A stretch of DNA of 51,493 nt from Chiloscyllium plagiosum (lineage: Eukaryota): the NCBI RefSeq assembly GCF_004010195.1, contig NC_057755.1, positions 5,509,040 to 5,560,532 of the forward strand. Reading direction: 5' to 3'. The notes beneath the pieces were generated by a model, which worked only from the letters and a program-made list of their open reading frames with translations, did no database searches and was not told where the DNA came from. Positions 36,423 to 49,947 of the stretch are shown here, piece after piece; the first letter of the stretch is position 1, and every line of letters starts with the position of its first letter. Position numbers and translations under genes: made by a program.

Positions 36423-36489
36423 ATGACGTTTTCAATTTATGATGTGCGGAAAATATTTGACACGACTCTTCCAATTGTAGCAATTCCTG
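36423..36489 (+). CDS. Exon 1 of a GPR139/GPR142-like class A GPCR
   Basis: MTFSIYDVRKIFDTTLPIVAIP+G followed by a GTAAGT donor; phase 1 matches the acceptor at 45322 and gives ...AIPVNFL. Confidence 0.7.
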
Positions 36490-37303
36490 GTAAGTGCCTT
36501 ACACCATTGAATTTGTGTGAATCTGTCAGAGGATTCTCTGCGGGTTCATTCTGCCACTGCTACTGATACCTGGGTGTGTTATGCCCAAAATCACACAGTG
36601 GCAGACGATCGGTAATTTAGTCTCTGATTACAGACACCACGGGGAAACCCCATCATCTCAGATTCCGCAGGAATTGCCTGGGAAATTATTCATCTCTTCT
36701 GGGAACCTTGAAGAAATCTCCATTTCAATCGAAGACTAGTAAGAATTTCGGTGGAATTAAGAAAATGCATCATTTTGTCAAAATATAAGCGGTGGTAGTT
36801 TTATGTCGAGTTTGCAAAATCAGTGAGTTTGCATTTGGTTCTGGTTTGTTGAGTGAATAAGCAGTGGGTTTCTCTGTGCATCTGAAGTTGATGGTTAACT
36901 TGGAGTTATTTCTGTAATCACAAAAAGTTGTTTCAAAAATTGTGTTTGGGGTTTGACTATCGGCTAAATGGTTTCGTGCACGAGTGAACCTGTGTTTCTT
37001 TTTGATGCTTGCAACCCAGCAAGGCATTAATGGAGCCCGGAGGATTTGCTGGGGCGTTTTGTAATTTGCGGTTAAGGAAGAAACCCTTAACTGAGAAAAA
37101 CTTGCTTTCACTGATATAATGTTTGTCATTTCTTTTAGTTACAGTCAGACCCTGGAAATGATAGGATGTGTAGATCTGATTATTTAAAGCTGAGTACATT
37201 GACACTCAGGTAAGCAATATCTCCAGGAAGGAAATTACAGCAGTTCCAGTTTGCAAGTGGCAATCACAAGCATTTGGCTAAGTGATAGATACAGACATTC
37301 TGG

Positions 37304-37664
37304 TGTGAAAATTATATGAGGGTTGCTTTTTTTGTACCGGCAGTGGGAGTCGTGTTTTGCATAATATGTAAAAGTCATGTCCTTTGGTTTCATTTATACA
37401 CTGTTTTGGGGTTGGTGAGAATTATACTGCGTGCTTATTGCCTTTGAATCTGCATAATAAGCACATAGTTTTATTCTATTTTGTCGTAATTTCTTTTGGA
37501 AAACACCTCTGTTTTGTTGTGGAAACAATATTTGCATCATTGTGTGTTTACAATTCAGCAAGAGAACACTTTGTTAAATCAAAACAAATAAGGTTATGAT
37601 TCATCAGGCTGGATTTCTGTCGAGGATCTGGTTTGTTCTGTAATTAATCAGCTGGAGTCAGAAC
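37304..37664 (+). mobile_element. Possible solo LTR remnant
   Basis: TGTG...GAACA termini; the start coincides with the end of homology to the paralogous block at 15895. Confidence 0.35.
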
Positions 37665-37939
37665 AGAAGTGAGGCGATTAAACAGTTAGACTAACTCCTG
37701 AGTACCTGATACACTAGCCCCACACTTCAAATAGATTGTGGCTTAACTGTATCCGTCCAGATCCATTATATGCCCAGACCTTCAAATATCCACACTGAGA
37801 CGTAATTCCATGTTACCTCTCCCAAACTTACTACTCTCCCACTCTGCACGGCAGCCAATGCAAAGCAAATTCCCTCCCTCAGCACCGCCAGACCTGTAAC
37901 ACTGGAATTACATGAGACACCGGGTGGCTCACAGCTGTG

Positions 37940-38390
37940 GTTTTGTGCACAGTAATGGTCATCACCGAGCAGCAAGGATAGAACTGCATTGAGGAGAGTA
38001 AAGAAGAAATTCACAAGCATCTTGTTGATACGTTGAGATTATCTGCAGCATTGAGGAAAGATGAGGAAAGGGCCATTTTCCCTAAACAGAGGTGAATGAG
38101 ATTTGACATAATTGAGATGTACAAAATAAGCAGGGTCTTGGATGGAGATCCGTCTCCCCGAATGTAGCACCATTGAATGAAAAAGAAATGGTGGGAGGCT
38201 TATCAAAATCATGAGGCCTACCATTTCTTTCCGAGGATGATACTGCGAGTTGAATTCACTGCTCAGTTTTGATAGTGGCTTGAGATGACAAACCTTAACT
38301 CATTTAAAGGGAACTTGGATCTGCCTGTGAAGTGTACAAACCTTCAACACTGTGAAGAAGGTGCTGGAAAGTGGCACCAGCGGAGGTAGC
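37940..38390 (+). mobile_element. Old CR1 3' fragment
   Basis: GGATAGAACTGCATTGAGGAGAGTAAAGAAGAAATTCACAAG (ALERVQRRFT-like) and downstream CR1 tail. Confidence 0.55.
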
Positions 38391-39654
38391 AAGTTTATTC
38401 AGTTGATGCAGACATGAATAACCTCTTCCAGTGCAATGACTTCCGTGCATTCCTGTGGGATTGTAGAAAGGCTGAGGAGTGTTAAAATGAATTCGCTTGG
38501 AGCCTTAAATAGTCTGTTTCTGTGTTGTCCGTTTCTATCACTGGAATATGGGGGAGTGTTAAATTGAATTTCAGTGGGCTGTGGCGCCCTTCCAATTGTT
38601 CCCTGAAGAAGTGTTTTTAGCTTCATAATTTTTACAATGCATTAAGTGATTGCAACAACGGAGAATTAATATTAACTAAGTTTGGAACATCAGGATTTAA
38701 CAATTCATGAGGTTAGTGTTGCTTACCTTGTTTAATTATTCTCCTTACAAAACAATGTTTTTTTAAAGCAGTATATTGAAATCTTGTACTGCTGTGTACT
38801 TGAATTTGAGTATTTGAATTATCACTTCAAATGTTAATTGCCCCTGACATAATCAGAACACAATAGAAGTCAGAGAGGCCGGATTTTTACCATGTTATAT
38901 TTCATTATACAAAGGATTGAAGCTGTCACACTCAGTAATTCTCGGAGTGAACTGCCTGTTTTCTTTTGCATTGTGTAGTTTATTCATAAATTATGAACAA
39001 GCACATTCCCAAGCTATTTGAGTCCGATAACGCAGAGAATGTAAAAAAAGTCTCAGTTCTCAATTTGCATTTTGCATTATTTGATGACTGAATGTACAAG
39101 AAAAATTAGAACATTTGCTCAACATGACGAGGAATTGTTCACTTTCCAACACAAACTATGAGGGATTCCATGAGTTCACAAATCCTTAGTTTGTCCTCAC
39201 GGGAGGCGGGGTGGGGGTGTGATGGTGGTGGTCGGGCGGGGGCTTCCATTGTGGTTTGACCCTTTAATGATGAAACAAACCTTTCTCAGATCTGTTAGCC
39301 ATCAAATAATAATGATATATTCTCAAGTGCAACAACTCATGATTTTTGCATTGTAGTGACGAGAAGATGCTCGGTAATTCTAAATGGAGGAGAGGCAAAG
39401 ATTGCACCTGTAAGAACTGCTCCGTTTTTTGCGGGATCTTCAGTAGCAGGGCTGGTTTCCATTAACTCCGGGAAGAGTAATTATTGTTTTATAAGCTATT
39501 GCATTGTTTTGGTAATTTGGGGAAAAGAATTATCAAAGCATCGGGAATTTAAAAAGGACGAAGAAAGACAAAGTTCAAGACCACAATGCCAGCGAAAGAG
39601 AAAGATAGAAAAACCTACACTGCTGTCTGAAACAGCAGTGAATGGAGAGTGAGG

Positions 39655-39838
39655 TCCTGGAAATGGAGAGCAGGCCAGGCGACGTCCGAGAAGCAGGAAA
39701 ATCGATGTTTCTGGCAACAGCCCTTCATCTGGAATGTCTGAAAAGTCGATTTTCCTGCTTTCCTGCCTGACCTGCTGTGCTTTCCAACACCGCACTCTCG
39801 ACTCTAAAGCTCCATTATCTGCAGTCCTCACTTTCGCC
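39655..39838. mobile_element. Older Penelope-like inverted pLTR pair
   Basis: GCAGGAAAATCGATGTTTC...CCCTTCATCTGGAAT then GTCGATTTTCCTGC...GCAGTCCTCACTTTC. Confidence 0.7.
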
Positions 39839-40099
39839 ACAGCATTGAATTTGCACAGCTACGGCTTTTGCTTTTTGAGTTCATGTATTTCTGGGCATCG
39901 GAGTGCATCGAAGAAAAAGTAACAAAGCGAAAATCACAGCTGACCTTTGGGGAACCTGTGAGGGAGAGTTCATGGCACAAGAACAGAGAAGTCCATGGCT
40001 TTTACTTGTAATCTTGCTGACTTCATTTTGTGTCAATCTACCGCACTGAGTAGAGTGAGTTCTTTTTGGTTTTATGTTTTGTTGAGGTCTGTGTCTTGA

Positions 40100-43000
40100 C
40101 AAAAATGTGAAAATATAAAGCACAGGCAATAAGTTAGCCTAGAGCTGTGTCTTTTAGACTAGTAAGACTGTGATATTTTCTGGGTCTGTAGATTGCTTAG
40201 CACAAAGGTGGTGTTTAGTAGAGTGATATAATCTTCCTGTTGGATGTGAAAATTTCGGGAGACATTCCATATTACTGATCATCAGGGTCTACAGTAAGTG
40301 TGTTTGGTTGTGAACCCTGTCACACCGCATGACTGGGTTGGGCCAGCAGTTAGAGGCAATGAGAAATTTATAGGAGCTCGGGGGTGTGATGGATAGTAGC
40401 TACAGAAAGAGAGAATAACCACATATACAATCAGGTAGATGGGTTACCTCCAGGATAGGTAGGAGAGGGAGGTGGGTCGTGCAGTAGTCTCTGGTGTCTA
40501 CCCCCATTTTTAACAAGCATGTTGTTTTGGAAAGTGTAATGGATGATAGACTGTTAGGGGAATGTAGCACGAACAGCCAAGTTTCTGGTACCAAGACTAG
40601 CTCTCATGTAACGAGAAGTACGTCAATTTCCAAACGATCAGTTCTGATAATCAAAGGCTCAGATAGACATTTCTGCGTCCAAGAGGGTTAAATCTGAATG
40701 GGATGTTGTGTTGCTGCTGCCAGGATCAAGGATCTCTTCGAGAAGGTGCAGAATATTCTCAAAGCGGTGTGGCACCAGGAGGAGGTAAGTATACAAATTG
40801 GAATTAACGACATAGGAAGGAAAAAAGATGACATTCTGGAGGGAGAATATAAGACGTTAGGCAGGAATTTAAAAGGAGGCCCTTGAGGGTAGTAACATCT
40901 GGATTATCTCATTGCCACGAATTGGTGAGCGTAGGACCAGGAGGAAAGAACAGATGAATGCGTGGCTGAGGTACTGGTGCAGGGGAGAAGGGTTCACATT
41001 TTGGCATCATAAGAACCTGGTGTAGAAATGACCTGAATAAGGAGGACGGATTGAATCTGATTTGGAAACGGACTAATATATTAGCAGGAAGATTTGCTAG
41101 AGATGCTCAGGAGGATTTAACTAATAAGGTCGGGGTGTAGTGGGGGGAGGGGGATCAGGGAAGTGGATGGGACCCAGGGAAATAGTGAAAGAAAACCAGT
41201 CTGAGACTGGTACATTTGTGAAAAGGAGGAGGTCAAACAGTCAGGGCAGAAAATGTGTTGCTGGAAAAGCGCAGCAGGTCAGGCTTTTTCAGTAAGGGCT
41301 CATGCCCGAAACGTCGATTCTCCTGCTCCTTGGATGCTGCCTGACCCGTCTGCGATTTTCCAGCAACACATTTCCAGCTCTGATCTCCAGCATCTGCAGT
41401 CCTCACTTTCTCTTCCAAACAGTCAGGGCAGACAGGAACAAAGCAGATAACGAGTTCTCATGCCCAAAACGTCGATTCTCCTGCTCCTTGGATGCTGCCT
41501 GACCGTCTGCGATTTTCCAACAACACATTTCCAGCTCTGATCTCCAGCATCTGCAGTCCTCACTTTCTCTTCCAAACAGTCAGGGCAGACAGGAACAAAG
41601 CAGATAACGAGTTAAGACTAAATTAATTTCAGTACAAGATTCCAAACAGGGAAGACAGATTAACTTATGGAATGATGAGAAAAATTGGATTTGGATATCA
41701 TGGCTCAAGTGTGTACAGGACTGGCAGCTTAATGCTACAGAACGCAAATGCTGTAGGAAGGAAAGAAAGGGAGGGCAGGAGAAGAGGAGAAGTTGTGTAT
41801 TTGATAAGGGATGCCATTACGGATCTACTGACAGGGTATTCCTCGGAATACGTCCAGAGAAGTCATTTGGGTTGAACTGAGAAATCAGAAAGGGATGATT
41901 ACCTTATTAAGATTGTATTATGGACCCACCCCCAATCGTCAGCGGGAATTTTAGGAGAACCTTTGTTAGGAGATCTCAGTTCTCTGTAAGGACAGTAGAG
42001 TGGGAATGGGAGGGGATTTTAACTTTCCAAACATAGACTGAGTGTTATGGGTTTAGATGGAGAGAAATGTGGTAACTGTGTACAACAACATTTTCTGATT
42101 CAATATGTGGATAGGCCTACTAAAGAAGGCACAAAACGTTATCGACTCTTATTAAATAAGGTAGGGAAAGTGACTGAGGTGTGAGTCGGGTAGCACTTTG
42201 GGGCCAGCGACCATAATTCGCTTAGTTTTAGTACACTGATGGAAAACGATAGACCGGATCTAAAAGCTGGAAATTCAGGGAAGCCAATTTTGATGTTACC
42301 GAGCAAGAATTTTCAAAGTTGACTGGAGACAGATGTTATCAGGTAAAGGGATAGGGGTGGATGGTAATGGGAAGCCGTAAAAATGAGACAATGTGAGGCC
42401 AGAGACAGTATCTACCTGTTCGGGTGAAAGACAAGGCTAGTCGGCGGAGGGAATGCTGGATGACGAGAAGATTTGAGGCATTGTTAAGAAAAGGAAGGAT
42501 GCACATGTCAGGTATAGACAGTAGAGATTAAGTGAATACTTAAAAAGGTATGAAGATGTATACTTCAGAGGGAAACAGGAGGTCAAAAGGGGGACATGAG
42601 ATGGCTTTGGCAAATAGTTTTAAGGAGAAACCAATGGGGTTTCATGAATAAATTAAGGACAAAAGCCTAACTAAGGAGAAAATAGGACCCCTCAAAGATC
42701 AGCAAGACTGTCAATGTGTGGAACTGCTGGAGATGGGGAAATATTAATTGAGTATTTTTGCACCGTTATTTACTGTTTAGAAAGACATGGAAAGTACAGA
42801 ATGTGGGGAAATAGATGGTGATTTCTTGAAAAATGTCCATATTCCAGCAGAGACTGTACTGGATGTCCTATAACGTATAAAGCTGGATAAATCCCAAGGA
42901 AATGATCAGATGTACCCTAGAACTCTATGGGAAGCTGGGGAAGCGATTGCTGGGCACCTTGCTGCGATAAATGTGTCATCGATAGTCACAGGTAGGATGT

Positions 43001-44440
43001 CAGAACACTGGAGGTAGACTAACATTGTGCCACTATTTAAGAAAGGTAGTAACAAAAGCCAGGGATCTATAGACCGTTGTGCCTGACATCGGTGGTGGGC
43101 AAGTTTTTGGAGGGAATCCTCGGGGACAGGATTTACACATATTTCGATTGGCAATGACTGATTAAAGGTAGTCTACATGCCGTTGTGCATGGGAAAATAT
43201 CTCAGGGACGAGATTCTGTTTTTTGAAGAATTTACGAAGAGGATTGATGATGCAGAACGGTGAACATGATCGATATGGACTTCAGGAAGGCATTCAACCA
43301 GATTCCTCATGGTAGAGTAGCTAGCAAAGTTAGATTACGCTGAACTAATGGAGATCCAACCTTTTGTACAGAAGACCCTTGAAGTTAGAAGACAGAAAGT
43401 CATAATGGCGGTTTGCTTTTCAGATTGGAGGCCTGTGACCAGTAGTATGCCAGAAGGATTGGTGCTGAATCCACGGCGTTTCCACATTCATATACATGCT
43501 TTGAATGTTAACATTGGAGATACAGTTGATAAGTTTGCAGATGACACAAAATTTCGAGTTGGAGTGGTCAGCGAAGAAATATACCTTAGTGTACAACGAG
43601 ATCTTGATCAGATGGGACAATTGGTTGAGGAGTGGCCGGTAAAGTTTAATTTAGATGAATGTGAGGTGCTGAATTTTGGAAAGGCAAATCAGAGCAAGAC
43701 ATACACAGTTAATAGGAAGGTCTTGGAGAGTGTTGCTGAACACAGAGACTTTGGAGTGCAGGTTCATTGTTTCTGAAAAATGACCTCGGGTCGATAGGAT
43801 GGTGATGAAGGGGTTTGGTATACTATTCTTTATTGGTCAGAGAACTGAGTATTGGAATTGGGAGGTCATGCTGTGTCTGTACAGGACATTGGTTCAGCTA
43901 CTTTTATGAATATTATTTGTATTTCTGGTCTCCCTCCAAAAGGGAGGATGTCTTGAAACTTGAAATGATTCGGAAAATATTCAGAAAGTTGTTGCCAGGA
44001 TTCGAGTATTTGAACTATGGGGAGAGGCTGAGTAGGTTGGGGCTGTTTTCCCTGGAGTGTCGGAGGCTGATGGGTGTCCTTATAGATGTGTACAAAATCA
44101 TAAGGAGCATGGTCAAGGTAAATGGAAAATTTCTTTTCCCCAGTTTGGGGGAGTCCAAAACTAGAGCGGATAGATTTAGGGTATGGGAAAAAAAATGAAA
44201 AAGGGAACGAAGGGGCAGCTTTTTCATGCAAAGTGTGGTGCACGTACAGAATGAACAGCCAGTAGAAGTGATGGTGGCTGGTGCAATTGCAACATTTAAA
44301 AATTATCTGAATGGGCAAATATTTAGAAAGGGTTTAGAGGGATATGGGGTCAAATGAGACTGGAATACTTTAGGATATGTGGACTGTATGAACAATTTGG
44401 GCGAAACGTGTTTTTTGTGTTGTACATATTTATGACTCCA
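40100..44440 (+). mobile_element. Near full-length degenerate CR1 LINE (ORF1 esterase, APE endonuclease, RT, 3'UTR) inside the GPCR intron
   Basis: ORF1 AARIKDL...IGINDIGR; endonuclease GGDFNFPNID; RT WRPVTSSMPEGLVLNP and KFADDTK (ORF 43348-43776); ERLSRLGLFSLECRRL; TGTTGTACATATTTATGACTC tail. Confidence 0.92.
41251..41415. mobile_element. Penelope-like pLTR insertion in the CR1 with a 17-bp TSD, later partly tandem-duplicated (to 41613)
   Basis: CAAACAGTCAGGGCAGA at 41234-41250 and 41416-41432; 41299-41456 is repeated at 41457-41613. Confidence 0.82.
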
Positions 44441-44829
44441 ACTATGCCAGAAAAGTGAGGAGCAGTTTACCAAATGTTACATTGTAGGTGAATATCAACA
44501 TTTCCAATCTCAATTCCCTGATAAAAATGAATCACTGTTTTTTTTATTATTGCAATGATAGGGTCTTGTGCTTGGAGAAACCTGAGATGATGCTTTGAGT
44601 TCAATGACCCATGTTCAGCTGAAGCTGTTCTGATGAACAGTGATTGCACTATCTCAGTTTCTCTCCTCACGGATGTTGCCATACCTGTTGCGTTTTGCCA
44701 GTTATATCTGATTCTGTTTCATGTATTCAGCATTCAAATCCCTTTCATTTATTTCAATAAAATGCTTCACTTTCCAATCTCCCGCCCCCCCTCACCCCCA
44801 CAACAGAGGTAATTCGTGGAATAATATAA

Positions 44830-45150
44830 TCCAATGATACAGCAGAGGTCCTTCATTCCACCCAGTTTGTGCTGTGAAAGCTGCACGAAATCTACACACG
44901 TCCCAGCTTACAGCACTCTACTCGTGGTCTCAAATAATATGACGTTTCAAGTGTTCATCCAGGTAGTTTTTAAAATCTTTGAGGTTTCCTGCTTCCAGGA
45001 CCACCCAGGCACTGAACTACCAAACCCCCACCACTTTCTGGGTGAAAACCACTTTCTCATATTCCGTTTAAACCTCTTCCTTTTCATTTTATAAATGATG
45101 CCCCCCGCCATCTGTTGATTGCCTGCCCACAATTAGTCAAACCCAGGATT
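44830..45150 (-). mobile_element. Old CR1 3' fragment
   Basis: ORF 44947-45132 KMKRKRFKRNMRKWFSPRKWWG resembles the CR1 C-terminus. Confidence 0.6.
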
Positions 45151-45322
45151 GAGCAGCTTCAACAATGCGTTTGACCATTGGAGATGTCATTTTGAAACTC
45201 TATATCTGAACACTCCCAGCTGCCCCAGTGAGGGGCGGAGATCTTATATTGCTCTCTGGGCCGCCGCAGATAATGATTGATAATTAATTTCTGATTTGCA
45301 TTTTGCCTCCTGTGTCTTTCAG

Positions 45323-46197
45323 TTAATTTCCTGGAGATTTTGATTCTTGCACGGGGAAAATGTGGCCTCTCTAACTGCACAACGCGCTGCCTCTTGGCTA
45401 TGGCAACATCGGATCTCCTGTTCATTCTCACGAAGATCATTCTGTGGCAACTCAAATTCTCTTACTTCCCATGGTCTTTCCTGAACATGACTCCAGTGTG
45501 CAGTGCTGTCTTTGCCCTGGCTCGTGCAGTCACAGACTGCTCTGTCTGGTTCACTGTCCTTTTCTCCTTTGATCGTTTTGTGGCCATTTCCTGTCTGAAA
45601 CTGAAGAGAAAATATTGGACAGATAAAGCCTTGGCTGTGGCTCTGGCTGCAACTGGCATTCTGCTCTGTCCAAAAAGCATCCCCTTCTATTTTCGATTTC
45701 AACCTGTGTGGATAATTGACAATGTTCAGTGGTATTGTCAAACAAAGTCAAGTTATATTACTGATACTAGGTGGCTGTGGTTTAAGTGGTTTGATATCAT
45801 TTTAACTCCTTTCATCCCATTTGTTTTAATTCTGTTGATGAACACTCTCACGGTCAGGCACATTTTAGTGGCCAGTCTAGTTCGCAAGAGACTGAGGGGT
45901 CAAAGGAATGGAGAGAGTCACAAAGACACAGAGATGGAGATCCGGAGGAAGTCGGTGATTTCCCTCTTCACCATATCCATCAGCTTCGTACTTATGTGGT
46001 TAGTGCATGGTGCAAATGTCTTGTACTATAATATTAAAGGAATAGATCGTTGGAAGTACAGTCCTGTCATCAGTTTTACATACACCGGAGAAATGTTGAA
46101 GGATTTCAGTTGCAGCACAAACACATTATTTTATGCAGCGACTCTGCCCAAGTTCAGAGAGAAGTTCCGGAATGCGGTGCATCAACTGGTAACGTAA
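45323..46197 (+). CDS. Exon 2 of a GPR139/GPR142-like class A GPCR (313 aa spliced)
   Basis: Polypyrimidine tract and AG at 45321-45322. Open frame with ILARGKCGLS, AMATSDLL (TM2), FSFDRFVAI (TM3), TPFIPFVLILLMN (TM5), RRKSVISLF (TM6) and CSTNTLFY (TM7). Confidence 0.88.
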
Positions 46198-47019
46198 ATT
46201 CATCACTTAAAGACACAACAAGACTGAGAGAGCTCCAGAATCAGCCGCAGTGTTCCCAGTGCAGGAATTGCAGACGTACGGCCACGTTCTCATCAGGACA
46301 ACCACATGGATTTGAGTATAACACTCAGTGTTGGATGGGGCGGGGGCGGGGGGGGGTGGGGGTAACAGGATGGATAACCATTCACCACGCACAGGTGCAT
46401 GCTGATTGACTGATGGATTGACACACACGAGAACACATAGATAATGAACAGCAGGAGGTCATTCGGCCCTTCGTGTCTGATCTTCCTGCCAGCCCAGAAA
46501 ATCATGGTTCATCCAATTGTATCATCAAACACGCATTTCACTCTGCACCTGAACACCCCTCCCACATCATCCCTCAAAACATTAGCAATAATTTATATGC
46601 ATTCCCCTTCAACAATACTGAAGGTTACGACAAAGGAACAGCAGGTAAGGGAGCAAGAGGTGACTGGCACGGGCAGGGTAGAATGGAAAGAAGCTGCAGG
46701 AGTGATTCGAAATTACGGACTGGCTGTAAGTGATGGGTTCGGTTGGAACATTGGGTCTTCACGGACAGCCCTGAGGATGAGTACTAAAGACTTGCAGCAG
46801 GGGTCTCTGAATCTTCCCTGGAGAGGAAGAGGGGAGGGGCATAAGCAGTCCCTCCTGCAGCATAATGGTTGTCCGTTCAGCTCACAATCAACACTGTATA
46901 CAACAAGAGAAAAGCTCTGGGCACTGGTGATCCCCTCATCTGAATGGGTTATTGTTACTTGCACATTTGTATTTGAGTGAGTTTATTCAGTCGACGTTCT
47001 GTCTACTCCATTCATAAGG

Positions 47020-48810
47020 CTATTTCTGTCTCTCCCTCTCTGCCTCTTTCTATCTTTGTCTGTTCCTCTCTTCCTCTCGCACGTTGTCCCCATCTCTGCC
47101 TTCTTGCTCAGTCTCTCTTTCTCTTTGTCTCTGTCTCACTCTGTTTGTCTCCCTGCATGCATTGTTCCGTCTCTGACTGTCTCTCTCTATCTATCTGTCT
47201 GTCTGTCAATCTCTCTGTCTTCCTCTATGTCTATACTTCTTGTCTCTTTGTCCATCTCTCTCGCCTCCCCCCTCACGTGTGCTCTCTGTGTCTTTATTTC
47301 ACGTTGACCATGTCAGACACTTGTTGTATCACTTCAGCACATGCTCACTTGCATTGACTCAAATCCCTTCCTGCGCCCTTCATTCACTGGTCTTCCCCGA
47401 GGCAGTGATTTTCCAAAATACAAGGCGCACAGATACAACCAGCAATGCTTTGACAAATTACTGTAAATAAGTCTGCTGGAGTTTGATCATCTCCCTTTCC
47501 TCTCCCTGTTTCTTGGCGGTAAGTGTGATTCACGCGTTTTCCTTTCGGTGTGTGAAGGTGCTTGTGTGTCCCTGTGTGTGGGAACTTCATTTACTGTTTG
47601 GGGATCTCACGCTGTGTGTGTCCCTCAGTTTTTGTTGTTGGAAATGTCCCTGAGTGTGACACATTATGCGTGTGTTTATGCATGTAAGTGTAGTTTTCCC
47701 TTTGTGTTTGTTGGGAATTATTTCAATGACTTCACACGTTTATATGTTTGGGAATGTTATTCACTCTTTACGAGAGTGTTTATGTGAAGCTGGGTGTCTT
47801 TATGTGGGTGTATGTTACTGTACCTGAGTGATTGCGTATCTGTCTGTGTTTTGCACATGTGCTTTTGTTGTGTTTGTGACTGTGTGCATGCTGTTTGTGG
47901 GGTTTCAGTCCAATGACGAGGTGGTTTTGTGTGTGTGTGTGTATGTGTTGATTGTTCTGTGACACACTGTATATGTCTCTCTGATTCTTAGTATATAATT
48001 ACGGGAGTGTGGAGTGTGTCTCTGCCTTGCTGTATTCTTGTTTGAACAGGTGTGTATGTTGTTCAGACTGTGTTTGGCTGTCTGCCCGTGTGTCACGATC
48101 TTTCTGTGCCCCCAACAGAATCTCTCTGTGCCTCTCTGTGGGTGCGACTCTGTGCTTGTTATTGAGTGTCACTCTGTCTATATCGCATGGTGTTTGTGGT
48201 TCAGTAAATGTGTTTGAATGTGCTTGCTTACATGTATGAGACGTTGCTGTCAATTCTTGCAGGTTGGTGTGTAATGTCTCTTACTCAGACATTGTTTGTA
48301 TAAGTGTGCGAAGGTGTGGGGGTGATCCCGTGTCTGTGTGGCGATGTGTTCCTCTTTCTCAGTTTGACTGTATTTCTTTGTGTGTGGATGTGTGTGCATT
48401 CTGTCCATTCATGTTCCTACCTGTTTAGCATATCTGTTTTCATGTGTTCGTGTGTGTGTTTGTGTGTGCGCGTGTGCACACTCAAGCCTATGTGATTAGG
48501 TGTGCCCCCCTTCTGCACTCTGATTGTATTCCTGTGTGTTGTGAGGGTGTAGGAATGTTTCTGTAGTCTTTGTATAGGTGTGTTTACACATTTAGTTTGT
48601 GTTATTGTGCACGTGTGCAAGTTTGTGAGTTGAATATTGTGCATGTCTGTGTGTTTTTGTTTGTTAATATGTTCCTCTATCTCACTTTGACTGCCTTGCT
48701 GTGTGCGAATGTGCTTCTGCTTGTATCTGTATGTGTGTATGTGACGGTGTGAGTGTATGGGTGTGTTTCTGTGTCCCTCTGGGTGTCGTTCTGTCTCTGT
48801 CTGATCATGA
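47020..48810. repeat. Degenerate CT/GT low-complexity tract
   Basis: Imperfect dinucleotide arrays, paralogous to 18020-20090. Confidence 0.85.
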
Positions 48811-49296
48811 GACTCCATCCCCTGAAAAGGACAAGGGAACCTTATAGCAAGTCACGGTGCACAGATTGCTCTCAATGGTGCATGTCGGCAACGTGGGAAA
48901 TATCTAGGTATCAGTATCTGTACCTCCTCCACCCTGACAGAAGAACTGTTCCTTCAGTTTCGGGACCTAAGCCTCATGAACTTTACAAGACGGAGAATAT
49001 TCGATGATAGTCAGAATTCCAGATGTTTTGTCCATGTTTCAACCAGGGAAGTAATATATACATGTTTTCCATGTTGGAGCTGTTTGTGTCAATATACAAA
49101 TGTTCTTATATAATTGATCATTATATACAATGTAACATACAATGTAACAGCTGAATTAGGACATTCAGCCCATCGAGTCTACTCTGCCATTTTTGTCATG
49201 AAGGATTTGTTTCTCAATTCTATTCTCTGGCCTTCTCCCCACAACTTTTGATTCCCTTACCAATCAGGAACACATATTTCACTATTTCAATACATT

Positions 49297-49947
49297 TGTT
49301 ATGGACCAGGCCAGATCCTCTCAAAATATTTTAAGTTGGTCGCCCAGACCCTAACTTTTCCACTTGTTTTGAGCAGGTATAAAGTCGATATTCCAGGATT
49401 TATGAAGCAGGTAAACATTCGTCTGTTATAAATAAAACAGAGTTTATTTACAGAGTATCAAACGAAACACAAACAAAAGAGAACAGAAGACAGAATAAAT
49501 TAACCCATCAGAAAACCCAGCAATACTGTCCCAACTAAATGAATGTACCCAATTCCTCCAACAGTCCCCATAAATACTCCATGTCAAAACGGGTGAAATC
49601 AAACAGAGGGTCTTCCAGGACAGATGTCAGAGACAGATTCAGCAGGGAATAACGTTCCCAGTGTAGCTGGTCCTTTTACCAGCAGTTTCATAAACTGACT
49701 AATGGCAAACACCAAACGAAACTAAACCAGACCAGAGAAAAGCTGAGCTGGGACAATTGGCTACTCCCCTTTCATTGCACATACTTTTACACTTGAAAGG
49801 CTTTAGCCTGAGGCAGTGTCGATTAGTTATCATGAAACTGGCTCTGTAACCCTCCAAACTCAACACCCTGTAACCTTTGCATTTACAAACACTCTAAGAA
49901 AAAAAAAACAAGGATAGACAAACTTGTAAAGGGACAGAATCATCGCA
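49297..49947 (-). mobile_element. Solo LTR within a CR1 3' fragment (diverged paralog of 20527-21164)
   Basis: TGTTATGGACCAGGCCAG...CATCGCA at the same insertion site in the same CR1 piece. Confidence 0.7.

Noticed and set aside
44467..44682. PIIAII peptide resembling a GPCR exon 1
   Set aside because: Wrong strand relative to exon 2 and no matching start or donor; 36423-36489 fits better.
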